NCBI RefSeq assembly: GCF_902459465.1
Contig: NC_047064.1
Coordinates: 21,452,001-21,516,000 of the forward strand
Source: Asterias rubens
Taxonomy: Eukaryota
Length of the DNA: 64,000 bases
Reading direction: 5' to 3'
This document shows, piece by piece, positions 1-13,400 of the stretch (positions are counted from its first letter, which is position 1; each line of letters begins with the position of its first letter). Under the pieces are notes generated by a model that made no database searches, had not been told where the DNA came from, and saw nothing but the letters and a program-made list of their open reading frames with translations. A program made the position numbers and the translations under genes.

Positions 1-1
1 T

Positions 2-2032
2 TTATCATCACCCGTCACTGTGGCTCGGACCAATCCACAACCTATTGCCATTCGGGGTTTCACCGCGCCAGCAACTCCGTTGGTTCAAAGCCCCACCTTG
101 AGTCAGATTGTAACAACAAAGGTTATATCCAATCCCATCTCAACAAGACCTGTAACTGTTGCATCTGTAAATGTGTCTGCTGGAAAGTCTGATACCCAAA
201 CAGTCAGTTCTACTAGTGGTGTGAAACGATCCGCCCCACCGGACAGTAGCCCTATCCTTAAACGGTTAAAGTTGAATAGTGATCCAGTCGAGCCAGATTT
301 CGAGAAGAATTACTATGGGTATAAGAAAGGACGGTCGTGGTGGGATGATGAAAAGCCAAGGGGAAGCTTCCGGTGCTATGTGTGTAACAAGAAGTTATCC
401 ACAAACATACGCTACATGCAGCACATCAAGCATCACTTGGACAATGAGCAGCAACTAAACTCCTCCGTCAATAACGTTGTCAATTGCCGTTCTTGCTTCA
501 AGCATTTCACCACACCATATCAATTGCAGATGCACGTTGAAAAAGCCCACATGTATTGCAAACATAGATGCGGCATTTGTGAGCAAGCATGCGAGGACAG
601 TGATGGGTTAGTCAAGCATCTCGCCAAGAGTCATCCAAAACTTCAGATGCCTTACGTCTGCGGTGTCTGTAACTACATGACGTCCTTCTATGATGACCTC
701 GTCAGCCACTTCTCCAAACAACACGAAGGAAGCAAAGCCCTCATGTGCCCCTTCTGCGTGCGTATCATCAGATGCAACAACTCTTTCTTGCGCCATTGTA
801 AAACGCATCTTTCCGTGTCGATGAAGAATGGTTTATTCCGCTGCCGAAGCTGTAAACTGATGTTTTTGAACAGCACCATGTTGAAGGACCACATTAATAA
901 GGATCACGTTCAACATAGGCAAAAGGATCGCAACGGTGTCCCCCAGATGGCTCCTTACAGAGGAAAGCAAGCCATCAACACGACCTCTGAGAAGAACGCC
1001 AAGACAGTGTCAAAACCAATGCCTGTTAAGATCGCACCGTCTTTGTGGACAAGGAAGGAAATCATTCGACCAAAGGGGGCACTAAGATGCCTCGAGTGTG
1101 GAACTTCGACAAATGTTAGTAGAGATCACTTCCGTAAGAAGATGGCCTGCACCTTATGTAAATACGTCACCTACTGTGGGGGTGCTTTTGCAAATCACAT
1201 GATAGCATTTCACAAGGCGGGTTCCACACCAAAGGTCCACCGCATCCGGAAGATCACCGTAAATAATGGCCGGATGCTCTTGGGTTGCAAGAAGTGTGAA
1301 TTCAGCACCCTGTCTCCCACCCTCATGGCATGTCACATCGAAAGCTGCCCTCGTGGTCACACCATGATCGAGTCATTCAAAGTGCGAACGAGTAGTCTAA
1401 TGACATCTAGACATTTCAAACGAGAGATAATACAAATCGATAGAGAAGCTCTTCGCAGGGCTAACAAGAAAAACTCTGATGATGACGGCGATGATGAAGT
1501 GATAGTGATTGAAGATGAGGTGCTGGTTGACCTTACTGATGATTTACCAAGCACCAGTAAATCAGAGAACAGTGACAAAGACAATGAATCAGAGAACAGT
1601 GACAAAGATAGTAAATCAGAGAACCGCGACAAAGATAGCAAATCAGAGACCAGTGACAAAGACAGTAAATCAGAGAACGGTGACAAAGATGAAGAAGCGG
1701 AAAAGTCTCCAATGAAGATTGGAAACTTGTCGGTGAAGCTGGAGAAATTACCAGCGAATATTACAGCAGACAACTCTCAAACTAAAGAAGACGATGACAG
1801 TAAAAACAACAAAGATACTAGCGAAACTAACAAAGACACCAGCGAAAACAACAAAGACACCAGCGACAATCAGCAATCAGATGCTGAAGATGCGAAGGTT
1901 GAAGGTCGGAGATTGAGAAGTAAAACATCTAACAAAGATAAGGAGGAAGGAGATCAGCCTGTCAACGGGAAAGAAAAAATGATCCAACTCAAGGAAGTAC
2001 AAATCAAACTGGAACAAATAAGTGCTGTGTAA
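2..2032 (+). CDS. ZNF280/POGZ-like multi-C2H2 zinc-finger protein, 3' terminal coding exon (5' end outside the window)
   Basis: The frame is open from the window edge to TAA at 2030-2032. It has successive C2H2 fingers; FRCYVCNKKLSTNIRYMQHIKHHLDNEQQ resembles the ZNF280/POGZ motif FKCxxCxKxLKNNIRFMNHMKHH. The CLEC...HF...CxLCxYxTxCxxAFANHM region is also typical of the family. The C-terminus is acidic and low-complexity. Confidence 0.8.
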   Translation, partial: LSSPVTVARTNPQPIAIRGFTAPATPLVQSPTLSQIVTTKVISNPISTRPVTVASVNVSAGKSDTQTVSSTSGVKRSAPPDSSPILKRLKLNSDPVEPDFEKNYYGYKKGRSWWDDEKPRGSFRCYVCNKKLSTNIRYMQHIKHHLDNEQQLNSSVNNVVNCRSCFKHFTTPYQLQMHVEKAHMYCKHRCGICEQACEDSDGLVKHLAKSHPKLQMPYVCGVCNYMTSFYDDLVSHFSKQHEGSKALMCPFCVRIIRCNNSFLRHCKTHLSVSMKNGLFRCRSCKLMFLNSTMLKDHINKDHVQHRQKDRNGVPQMAPYRGKQAINTTSEKNAKTVSKPMPVKIAPSLWTRKEIIRPKGALRCLECGTSTNVSRDHFRKKMACTLCKYVTYCGGAFANHMIAFHKAGSTPKVHRIRKITVNNGRMLLGCKKCEFSTLSPTLMACHIESCPRGHTMIESFKVRTSSLMTSRHFKREIIQIDREALRRANKKNSDDDGDDEVIVIEDEVLVDLTDDLPSTSKSENSDKDNESENSDKDSKSENRDKDSKSETSDKDSKSENGDKDEEAEKSPMKIGNLSVKLEKLPANITADNSQTKEDDDSKNNKDTSETNKDTSENNKDTSDNQQSDAEDAKVEGRRLRSKTSNKDKEEGDQPVNGKEKMIQLKEVQIKLEQISAV
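1559..1870 (+). repeat. Coding tandem repeats in the zinc-finger tail: 5 x 27 bp (xxSENSDKD) and 3 x 21 bp (NNKDTSE)
   Basis: aaatcagagaacagtgacaaagac-like units start at about 1559, 1586, 1613, 1640 and 1667; aacaacaaagacaccagcgaa-like units lie at about 1804-1870. Confidence 0.9.
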
Positions 2033-2477
2033 GACTAAGCAAATGTGGACGTGTAACCTTTGACCTGTATCACATCGGTACTTCCACAGTTTTTGATTTG
2101 AACTGTACAAATTGTACATTTTAAGTTTCTTCAGTTAACACCAAAGTATTAGTGAGCACCTTTTTTCTTCTCTCTCAATTCTCACATTATTTACAGTGAG
2201 ACCCACATAAAGGACACATCACTGCATCAACAACATAAAATTGCAGGTGACACAATTTTCCTTTAGTAGGTCATCAATGTTGACAATTGTGTAGTCAGTG
2301 AAATTTGCTTCAATTGGTACACACTTCTACCCAAGTTTACTAAAAGGCTCTTGCCACACAGTTCCGCAAGATTGCGGAAGTCCACAGTACACAAGCCATT
2401 GGGTTTCTGCTCAATACCGTTTTCCAATCACTGTTTTCCTATACTGTTTTCCAGATAAAACCCATGAACTCAGTGCT

Positions 2478-2650
2478 TGGGCCTTTCTCAAACCCGACTT
2501 TGGCTTTGCGTGCTGCGTACGCAGTAGAAACGCAGCGAGAACGAACAGACCATACATTTTTGGAGCAGCGTGTTTTTTTGCCTGCCGGGTAGGTTGAACA
2601 TCAGACTGCACCAGGAGCCGGAGCTCCATCCGAGGTTTGAGAAAGGCACC
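2478..2650. mobile_element. Small MITE-like element
   Basis: Terminal inverted repeats gggcctttctcaaacc / ggtttgagaaaggcacc; no coding capacity. Ends are approximate. Confidence 0.5.
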
Positions 2651-4745
2651 AAGACTGGAAGTTATGGTACCTGTGGGAGTCTGTGGCTCCTATGTAGCTG
2701 TTTGAGTCACCAGCTTACCATATTAACACCAATTAGACAAGCACAAAACTATATGCCGATAATTATTTTGAGTAATTACCAATAGTGTCCACTGCCTTCA
2801 AAGGTTTTTTTTGAAGGGTGAAAAACAATTTCTTTCAATACTCAACCCACCAAGGTCTACATGTTTTGAAATGTTGTATTCTGTAAGACTGAGGCGAGGT
2901 ACAGCACCATAATTAGAACAATTTTAGTGCTGAGCTACATGTTCAATGATTTTGAATTTTGTCGGAGTGAGAAAAGATCCTAGCACATCACTCGTGTGAG
3001 TTATGTTTATAGTTCAATTCCACTGTTTGTCAGGGTTCTTGATAGTGAGATTGGTTATTACACGCTATTGATGAATACATGTAAGCGCAGTTGCTAAAAA
3101 ATACTTGACCAAAACTTGTGGAGAACATGTCGTTTCTGTGGCCGATATCTTTCTACTTCAATGTAATTCAATGTAATTAACACAAATGGGTTCAAGGTCT
3201 TCGTACATCATGTATTCCATGCATGGCAGCACGATGGTTTGAATGTTCACACACTTTGTGTAACGTGACGTTAAAGTTTGCAAGTTACAAATTGTCGGCT
3301 CAGTGCTATTGAGGTCGTTAATTGGAATTTCAAAAAAAAATTATATATATGAAAAAATATGTGTAAGTTTGTAAATGAATCAAATTCCACAATTAAATAT
3401 TTTTCTTAGAAATGAAATGTTTCTTTTTGCCAACAGTTAGTTTGGAGACCCCTCATGAACGAAACCCCTCCATTTACTAGGAGCACCAAAATATGCAAAA
3501 GTGATTGGATAAAATCCACACAAAGTGCACTAAACGACCTTACAGTCCCGAGCCGACGAAATATTCCCCACTCTGCCTTCACCTCCACCCCTCACAAATT
3601 GTAAAAGTTGTGTATTCTAAACTTTAATGGAAAATCTTCACTTGCCACTTACATGATTTCTCATACAAGACATTGGTAGGTTTGGGAGAAGAAGCATAAA
3701 TAGAGTAACTCATTGAGTCTTTTGATTATTAGGGGATGGGTAGGATAAAACTGTAAGATCTAGCAGGGTTGGCCCTGAACTTAGTCGGTGACTTGCCAGA
3801 AAAAAACTACTTGGCTTTTTATTTCTCCGGCCCCCAGCTTTTTCACTTGTCCATATTGAATAGGGATGTTTTTCAACACTGAACTAGCCAACTGGACCAC
3901 CTGTAGAGAATTTTGACTGATCCTCTGGTGTTTTAACTGGTAGTTGGCCAACGGGACAATGTTAACCGAGAACACTGTGCATTGTTGTCATGTGATGGGC
4001 ATGGATTGTTTTAAAAATATCTGCTGTATTATGGTTTCATTTTAAGAACACATTTTGATGTATATGAAGTGTATAAAAACTTACAATAACAAACAAATTT
4101 TGTAAAGATAAAATTTTGTACAAAAACCAGATTAGAATGTAAGACTACTTTGGCAAAGCATACATCTAACAAATATTGCACTATTGATTTGAATTATTGA
4201 GATAGGGCTAGGAAGTGTCCCTAGTTAATGTGTTATTTGCTTCAAATTGTCAGTTTTAGCCTAATAGTAGAATAGTAATGATAGTATCCTTCGAATAACA
4301 CTATACGTTTCGACCCTAGCAGAGTCTTTATCGAAGGTTACAGAACTTTACCTTAAATTGGGTAAAATAATATGTAAATTTAGTTGGAGAATAATTATCT
4401 TTGAAAATAAGTAATTCATGCTCCTTTGCAGGATCAAAGGAAGGTAGGGTCAATACTAACTAAGGTAATGACCCCTTGGAAAAAGGGTTTAATTTCCATC
4501 CAAACACTCACTAGTTATAATTATGGTAATGGTGTTCAAAATCTTGCAAAACTATTTCTTCTGAAGTGCAGAGTTTTGGAGAGAGCAATTTCTGTCACCT
4601 AGCTAAATGTTTTCAAGTTCAACATTCTTGATAATACATTTTTGGAAAGGCAGTTTTTACCCTTAATGTATTAGTTATTCTCACATGGGTTCCCTTTACC
4701 CCCAAAAACGTGTTTGTTTTCTCTACGAGCCAAATGTTAGATCTG

Positions 4746-5083
4746 GGCCCAGTTTCATAGACTGCTTAAGCAGAAAAAGTAGCTAAGCGCAACCAAATAG
4801 TGCTAACCAATATAAGGCTACGGCCAGCCAATTCATACAATTTATTCGTTTTTGTTTAGCAGAAAGAAGAGTTTTCTATAAAAATTGGGCCCCTGACACG
4901 GCCCAACTTCATAGAGCTGCTTAACCACAACAAATTTTGCTTACCTGAACAAGGTAACCTACATGTACAGCCAAAGTACCATGTAAAATTTTAAATCTAA
5001 GGCTGGTGTCCTGCGTACTTTCGCTTAGCAGAAAATTACTTTAAGCATAATGATCTGCTTATGCAGCTCCATGAAAGTGGGCC
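4746..5083. mobile_element. Two adjacent GGCCCAATTTCAT-family MITEs (CWG target site)
   Basis: ctgGGCCCAGTTTCAT...AAAATTGGGCCcctg followed by GGCCCAACTTCAT...ATGAAAGTGGGCCctg. The same family recurs at 36.1, 37.7, 39.8, 45.0, 45.3, 47.7 and 59.9 kb. Confidence 0.7.
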
Positions 5084-5395
5084 CTGCATTTTGATTCTAA
5101 TCACTGAACAGACTGATGTACTATTTTAATGTTAGGAGTTTACGTCAATTTTTGCTGGATCAGAAAATGATGTTGAAATGATCTTTTTCAAATGAGAAAA
5201 ATTTTCAAAAGGGAGTAAATTTCAAAGGGAAATTGGAGCAAGAGTGATAACAAGTAGTATCTTCAAGTATGCGCTAATCCACCAATCAGAATTGCAGAAT
5301 GGAGTGGTGATAAAACCTATATTGCACGGCTAATATAACTTCCTGTGTCTTGTGTGTTGTATGTCGTGCGCCAATTTTGCTTGAAGATAAATACG

Positions 5396-5508
5396 TTATC
5401 ACACGTGCGCTTGTGAAAATACGGAAAATATAGCGCGTCTGCGTCCCATATCAATGGGACGCAGAAGCGCTATATTTTTCCGTACTCCACTCGTGCTTGT
5501 GTGATAAC
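5396..5508. repeat. Imperfect hairpin (foldback MITE core)
   Basis: ttatcacac...tacggaaaatatagcgcgtctgcgtccca pairs with tgggacgcagaagcgctatatttttccgta...gtgtgataa. Confidence 0.65.
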
Positions 5509-7473
5509 TTATAGAGTTGTATTAATGCATATGACAATTATTGGTGCAAAATCCATTGTAATGTTCTTTTTGTAACACTTGGAGGTTGGGCTTTTTTATG
5601 TAGATAATTCCATTTTTTTTTGTGTTTTTTTTTCAATTTTTGTTTGTAATTCGCAAAATGTGTTCAGCATACAAGATCGAAAATACTGAGCTGATCAAAC
5701 AAATTATTCTTATTTTGCTGTTCTTTTTCTATATTCTTGAATGCATTATGCTAATTTGGTTTACTTTGCTCTCCGAAGCTCACTCTTGGACAAACGACAA
5801 GAAATTGCTCATAAATTGTTCCCACATTTGAATACACAGTAGACTGTAGGTCAACACAAATTTAGATTTATTTCCTGTTGAAAAATTAAAAACTAACCGT
5901 GTATTTTTATGACAGCTGTATGATAGTCATTGCTTAAAAGAATTGCAACAAATGAGCAACTTGGTAATAAAACATTAATGTATTTAGAATTGAAAATGAA
6001 TGTCTTCTGCAACTATTTGATCTTGATTTTGTTGTTAATTCCATGTCACTAACCACATGCAATTATTTAGCGATCCTTCAGCTGAAAAGTATGTACATGT
6101 AGATTTGTAGGTCGGCCCTCGTAGTGGATAAAATCTTCCTAGTTTTTTCCTTGGACCAAATAATATGTTAACGAGGTCTTCCTTTGACATCATTGAGGGT
6201 GCTGTTCGAGCGTGTGACATCATTAGCAAGGGTCTTTTATTCCCACCAACACTCGACAAAAAGACACAAAAGTCTCATTCCAATTGTATTTACAGATATT
6301 TTATTTCAACTTGCAGATCTATCATACTGCTTCCCTATCATACAACAGCAACCATGAAAATTGATTATAATTTTAACAAAAAGCAACTAGACTAAATTTC
6401 TTGATTTGTACAAAATGGCTGCAAACTACTCTTTAAGCCTATTCTGAACTGGTGGCTATGGCCATGAGTGTTGCTAAGGATGTCCCACACTGGAACGCAT
6501 AACTAGCCCTCAATTGGGAAAGGTCTAACAAACCATTCAGAGTCTTCATTTTAAGTACTTGCATGTAATTATATCAAACACCAAAGAAATAAATTAGCAT
6601 GCATGATTACTACTTGTACATGTATGTGAGCAAAAACTGACAAATGTGATCACCACTTATACACTCAATTTACCAAAATGTGGTACCGATGCAGTAGAAT
6701 GATGAATTACATGTATATGTAAACTTAATAAGATTATGTATTCAGTCTTGATGAGTTAAGAAGTGGTGGTCAGATTCAGAGTCTTTTTTAAAGTTCAATT
6801 CAAAGACCAATATGATACATTGATGGAATGGTACTGTGACTTTTTTTCCACAAAAGTTGGCAAAGCCATATTCAGCCTTGGGCAACGATTAAAGTAGACA
6901 ATTGCTGATTTTATCTTGTTTTCCAATAGACCTTAAGCACATTTCATTTGAGTAAGGCGCGTCAAAGAACATTCCTCATTGGCCCATCCTGTGTGCCATG
7001 CAAATTCATCATCATTTTACCTCTATAATGGCAACATTATGATAGAGTAGATTTCCTTATTCTATCTTTGAGTACAGACCTTGAGTGATAACCCTTGTGT
7101 GGGAACTAATTAAAAACTGCCCCTCCCATAGACGCCACCCATTAGTCTTGGTTCAAAGACCATGGTGATTGCACGCACACACACAACCAAAGTTCAGAGA
7201 TCTATACACATCGCAAACTGTACGTTTGTAATTCTCTTCCCCAAAAGGTCAGTGGGGGAAATAACACAAGTCACAGCGCCCTCAAAGTTTATTCGTGTAG
7301 AGTTTGCCCTGTACATAGATCTGAATGTTGGTTGTGTTTACACGCAAACACCATGGTTTTGGTTGAAGTCTACCAACCCATTTGTACAAATTGTAAATAT
7401 CAAATTGTAAAAAAAAACACTAAACTTGTTGTGTTGGTCCGATTTCTATGTACAAGGTGAAGGAACACCAGCC

Positions 7474-10400
7474 TCATGTGTCTCCAGTCATAATGGCTAC
7501 AAACTCATCTTCATTGACTGTTGGGAATAAAAGACAACAAATAAACATTAAGAAAACTTTGGGTTTTGAAACGAACTTTTATCAGGTCCATTTTCCCAAA
7601 ACTTGGATTGGAACAGAACCTAAGCAGAGGTTTGAAGAAAAAAAACCTTTGTTTAGACTTGATACTATAATACAAATATAATCACCAAACACAGTGATAC
7701 TTGGAGGCAAGTTCCGCGCCCTGGGTCATTGCCTTGGAGCTCCCTTCAAATAGGCTAGGTGCTCCCTTCAAATGTTCAAGTTGGTTCAGCCGTCGATTTC
7801 ACAAAGAGTTAGGACTCGTCTTATCTCGAGTTAGGACGAGTAACTCGTCTTAACTTAGGATTAAGCTTAAGGTCTGCATGCTACAGTGCAGGGTTGGGAC
7901 TCGTCCTAAGTCCTGAGATTAGTCTTAAGTTAGGAAGAGTTTTGTGAAATCGACGGCAGGTTTTTCTTCTAGAGGTGCCATCACTAAGCAAAAACTGCCT
8001 GAGCCTAAAGATTTGGTTCAGGTTTTACCCGTAGAGTTGCCCATCACTAAGGAAAAACTGCTTACGATTTCTGATTGTTTTTGTCAGCACAATGGATACT
8101 TTTCAAGAGACAATTTAAACATGACACTCCAGGGAGTCTCATTTGACCTTAAAAATACTTACTCTCACCATCCCCGTCCTTATCAAACTCATCAATCATC
8201 GCTCGTAGCTCTTCCTCTGTCATGTTTTCCCCAAGCTCTCTCGCTACACGCCTGAGGTTACGAAGGCTGATTTTACCTGAGTCATCGTCGTCAAATAAGC
8301 GGAAGGCTTTGATGATTTCCTCGTGTGGGTCTCGGTCTAACATCCAGTCTGTCACTGTTAGAAAAGGGGAATAAGAAGACAGGTGTGTTAGACAAGGGGA
8401 ACAAGAAAACATGTGTCTTGAATAACACAGGGTACTGGAGCAACGGAGGCCAAGGCATCTGTTGACCTGATCTTGGCAATGGTGCCCTTTAGAAGTTTCC
8501 CATATACTTTAAGATTTTCAAATGGAGGTGCAAAATGAAAATGGTCTCAAAGATGAAATTGTTCTGTGGTCAGAGAGTAAGCGAGTTGACCGTGTACTGA
8601 CTGTGCAGACTGCTCTATGGAAGGGCAGTTACATAATCTTGTTATGCACCTGAGCCTGGTTGTTAACAAAAAACACTGCAAATAAAAACTGCTCACTGCC
8701 ACTTTTTGAAATGATTTCTTATTATTTTGTTATGCGCTTGTGTACATTTTATGGAATGGGCGCAATATAAATTAATAAATTATTATTATTATTATTAAAA
8801 AATTCACGCAATGAAGCTCATTCTACATGAACCTACATTCCAAAATAAAAACAATGTTTTACTCTGTTTCCATGAAGTATGAAAATAAATATCAGTTTGA
8901 ATGAATGAACATTGCCTCATAAAACATAGGGTATGTCATAACTCGCAATTGAGCCAAACAAAAATGCTGGGACTGTCCAACTCTTTTTTTAAAACATGAA
9001 ACTCGAAGCAGAAATGTGATACAGGACTTCTTATGTACATTTTATAAGCAGACCCTCTTTCTTTAGCAGTGCTGGTTGACAGTACTCAGTGGTGACTTTA
9101 TGTCAGTTCTAAAATTGTATACAAGTATGTTTTAGTTGATACTTACTGACTTCATTGAAGTCATCAAAGAATATTTTTCCGCTGTTGTCTTTGTCGTAGT
9201 CTCGTAATACTTTCAGAACATCGGCTTTCTTGACATCAAAACCTAGTGCCCTCATTGCCACCTGTAAAAAGGATACACAACTTACTAACTTTCATCATGG
9301 TTCGTTTTGATTCTGGACTTGTAAAATAGGTTCTGGTCCAGTAAAGGTTTTTTAGCTACAAGCCCTACAGTCTTGTGGTACTTTACCCTGAATTCAATCC
9401 CTATGGTAGACACCAAATATCCAGTTTATACCTTGAGTTCATGATAATCAATCGCTCGATCCTTGTCGGTATCAAATAAATCAAAAGCTTCTTTGATTTC
9501 TTGTTTTTGTTCTTCCGTCAGCTCCCGGCGCTTCTTTCGTCTTCCCTTATCCATACCAAAGTCAGTTCTGTAAATAAAACAGTGGAGAAATTTACAAATG
9601 AATTGCAATTTTGTTCTTAGAGTCACCTGGAAATAGTATTTTTTTTCTTTCAAACATAAGAGTATATGCTTACGAACAATAAAACAATTTTTTAGTAATT
9701 GTTTGTCACGATATATATGTTTAAAAAATATATAAAGTTGTTTGGGGGGCTGACTTCGCCTACCCCTTTTGTGACGTCAATCGAGGCAGACTTTGCCTGC
9801 AATGCGTATAGTAAACACACATGCAAAGTACATGTTCGTCCAAGTCGTGAGTTGCTTCATTTCAAAAAGTGTTTTTCTGCATTCAGCAGTAATACACCTG
9901 GTCGGCATTGCCAGAAAAAAAACGATTTTTTTTTTTTTTTTGAAATGTACAAACTCACGACTTGGTCCGTACATGTACTTTGCAATTGTGTTTACTCTAC
10001 ACATTACAGGCAAAGTCTGCCTCGATTGACGTCACGAACAGCGCCCTCTCGGGTTGGGGTCTACTCTTAAATTTGTAAATAACATTCCACTCATCAAAAC
10101 ACATATATTGGTGACAAAAGCTTTATATTAAAAAAATACCACTTCCAGGTGACTTTAAATGTCAATATTGGTATTTCACATGAAGCTTCCTATTTAAACG
10201 GGAGTTCAAGTGAACATGAACAAATTTTGTTTTGAGTGAAATTTTTACTGAAATTGGAGAAGCTCACACTCAAGGGGAGGAATGCTTATATCTTCCTTTT
10301 TGGTTTTCTTATTTGCATAATTTATCCATCACATGTTTGAATCAGACTCTGTAAATAACTTAGATTCATGAAATCAAAATATAATTTCCTGAAATGTCTG

Positions 10401-13400
10401 CAACATCTGGATAAAACGGGTATATTATTGTCCCTAGTCGGACTTCAAATTGAACACAAGCGAAATTATTAAATATAGGGCCTATACTTTTTGAGTACGC
10501 TCTGAAACTACACTTTCCTTGACTTAAAAAAATTGGTTGATAATGAATTACAGCAGACTTTGACCGCACCACCTGCCGACGCTGCCAACTACACCATCTG
10601 AGTGACCATAAACCAGGTCACAAGTAAACAATGTTGTAATCCTATGGCCAACCGTTGCTCTTTGGCTGCTTTGGCCCGAATGCACCTTACTTGAGCGGTT
10701 TCCACTGAATAAAATAAACAACTACCATTCTATTCTGCACTGGTTGTACTAAGCATAATTCTACAAATCTTTTTCTAAATTTTTCATTTATAAATGTTAA
10801 CATAGTTTCAACATTTTCTTTAAAGTATTCTTAGAATAATATTTCTACATGATTTTCAGGGATCACAATTAACGTTTTTCCAGTGCACTGTTGTGCATTA
10901 TCAATATTCAAAGAATCAATAGGAATTTGTATTCTGATGAATTTGGTTTTGTTTTGCAATTGTTAGGGGGGGGGGGTGAAAACCCCAATAATTTTATCTT
11001 TTGACATTTTGAGCCAGTTGGCAAATAAGGCACACTAAAAGTACAACAATGGCATACAAAACACTGCGTTTTGTAATAATCTAAATTCAAATTGCTTGCA
11101 GTCAAAAATAACCCAAAACTTCAAGTGAAAATATCTTGTTTTAGAGAGTGTTGTTTTAATCACAACACCAAGGCACCTTGACAACTTTACATTGAAGCCA
11201 TTGGACACTTTTGGTAAACAGTATTGTCCAAGTCCCACACTTCGTGTATCACAACTTATATATAAAATAACAAACCTGTGAAAATTTAGGCTCAATCGGT
11301 CATCGGAGTCGGGAGAAAATAACGGGGAAAACCCACCCTTGTTTCCGCACGTTTCGCCGTGTCATGACATGTGTTTAAAATAAATCCGTAATTCTCTATA
11401 TCGGGAATTGATAATTGTTTTAATGTTTTCTCGAGAAGTAAAGCATTTCATGCAATAGTATTTCAAGAGAAGTCTTTCACCATTACCTTCTGTAAACCCT
11501 GTAAGTTATTTGTAAATCTGTGATTTTTTTTTTCTGTGCCGAAAGTGTATAAATGGCTTTAAGAATAAGTTACTCTATCTTTGTTTGCAATGACACTTTA
11601 AGAAGAAAAAAGGTCAGTTTAAGCAAGGCTAGATTTTCATGAAAATTACAACTACATATTTTTCTCCTTTGTTAAAATAATAGCAGGATGTTTGTTTGAC
11701 CTAAGAACAATTAGAGTAAGTAATTGCAAAATGTATATGAAAAACACACGACAACTTAGCTCAAGTAGACTGGCTTAAAGCACCTAGGATAGAGTATTCA
11801 GTACTTCGCCCTACTTCATATAAATGCTTAGCGCAAAGAATAGCCAAGCACAAAACTTTACACTGCTTACTGGAATGAGGTAACCAGCAAAAATACTGTT
11901 CTACATTATCATCTGCAACTGGTTTCCTACAAATTTGTGCTTTGCGGAAAATTGTTAACAGTGATCATAGCAATAATAATAGGAGGTGTCAGATTAATAA
12001 AAGGCTAATACCTCGTTGTATACAACCTAGATAAAATATTGAGCTGATAAAATTAATGCAATTTTGAAACAAACACTACAAACTATGTGTATACCTACAT
12101 GAGTGGGGTGTTCTGCATTCAACTTGCACACACTACTTATGCAATTCTATGGCTAGCAATACACCAAAATATGTTCCAATAACTATCACACCATGAGCTG
12201 CTGACCAAAGACTGCCACAAACAGTGTCTTCACCCAACCAAACTTGTGAAGCAAATGCAACCGCAAACTTGCAGTTGAAAAGTACACACTGAACTTACTT
12301 CATTGACATAGTTGAGGTTCTGCGATGGTTTACTGTGTTGGCATCCATTCTATTTATTCTTTCAGTCCATAAACAAAATGAATGAATTGGAAGACAAATT
12401 TGTTTAGGACGGAAATTCACACGTAATGCTCTTGTAGAATTGGCATCATTTCAGAGAGCACCACACCTTACTGGTTATCATTACATAGCAATTGACCTCC
12501 TAGAAAAACACTTCAAAGTTGTCGGAACAACAACGCTAGGGTCGTTTTATCCAAGTTCATTTGAAGTACAACATATTTCTGGTAGTTTTGTTAAAACTAC
12601 TACATCAAAACTTTTTAATGTATCTAGTATAAACCTAAACAATTGTAGTGGCAACAATTTGACAGTAAATAAACACTGCAATCGTTAACTAGTATCAACC
12701 TTGCGCAGCCTAAGCCAGCTAACTAAGGGTTACAAAGTTACAGTACGAACTTTGTAACACTTTACATCTGTTAGTGTGTTATACATTTTTGTATTTATTT
12801 ATTACAGCTGTTCTTCAGGGTTCCTACTTGGGGCTCAGCACACACCACAAATAATTATAACGATAGGGCCCTATAGAGACTAGTTATTTTCCTGCCTAGA
12901 ACTGTATGGAGGTTCGTTTGGATATAGACCCAGTAAGGCCGAATAAAAAAACAAACATGTTTCACGTCCGCGTTTTTCAAAAAAAGGAGAAAGAGGGGCT
13001 TTTTATTTTTTATATTTTATTACAAGATGGCCGCCATTCTTTCTTAAAATGTAAAAATACCCATTGTTTTTTTTACTGCTGAAATACACAAAACATAAAT
13101 GAAACAATTTAGTTGAGGCATTCAGACAAGACATTCATTATGTTTTTCCTGAACTCATTTCAAATAACCCTATTTAAACAAACAAAAAACACACAAAAAA
13201 AAAAGGGCATAAAAAAATAAAATAAACAATCAAATAAAAAAGGAGGCGTCCTGTAAAAAAGGAAGCAGGCGGGGACGCGAAACATGTTTTTTTTTTTACT
13301 TAGCCTAACTGAGGTGCTGTGCTTTTTTTTTTTTTCAAAAAATGTTGTCATTATCGGTCATACTAGCAAGACAGATAATGACAAAATTTCGGAAAAAAAG

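Noticed and set aside
608-1773. Antisense and alternate-frame ORFs over the zinc-finger exon
   Set aside because: Shadows of the real CDS and its repeats; no recognisable motifs.
10691-10704. 14-nt micro-exon in CETN3 intron 1 (ttcag|TGGAAACCGCTCAA|gtaagg)
   Set aside because: The splice signals are good, but inclusion would frameshift CETN3 and there is no supporting evidence; at most a poison exon.
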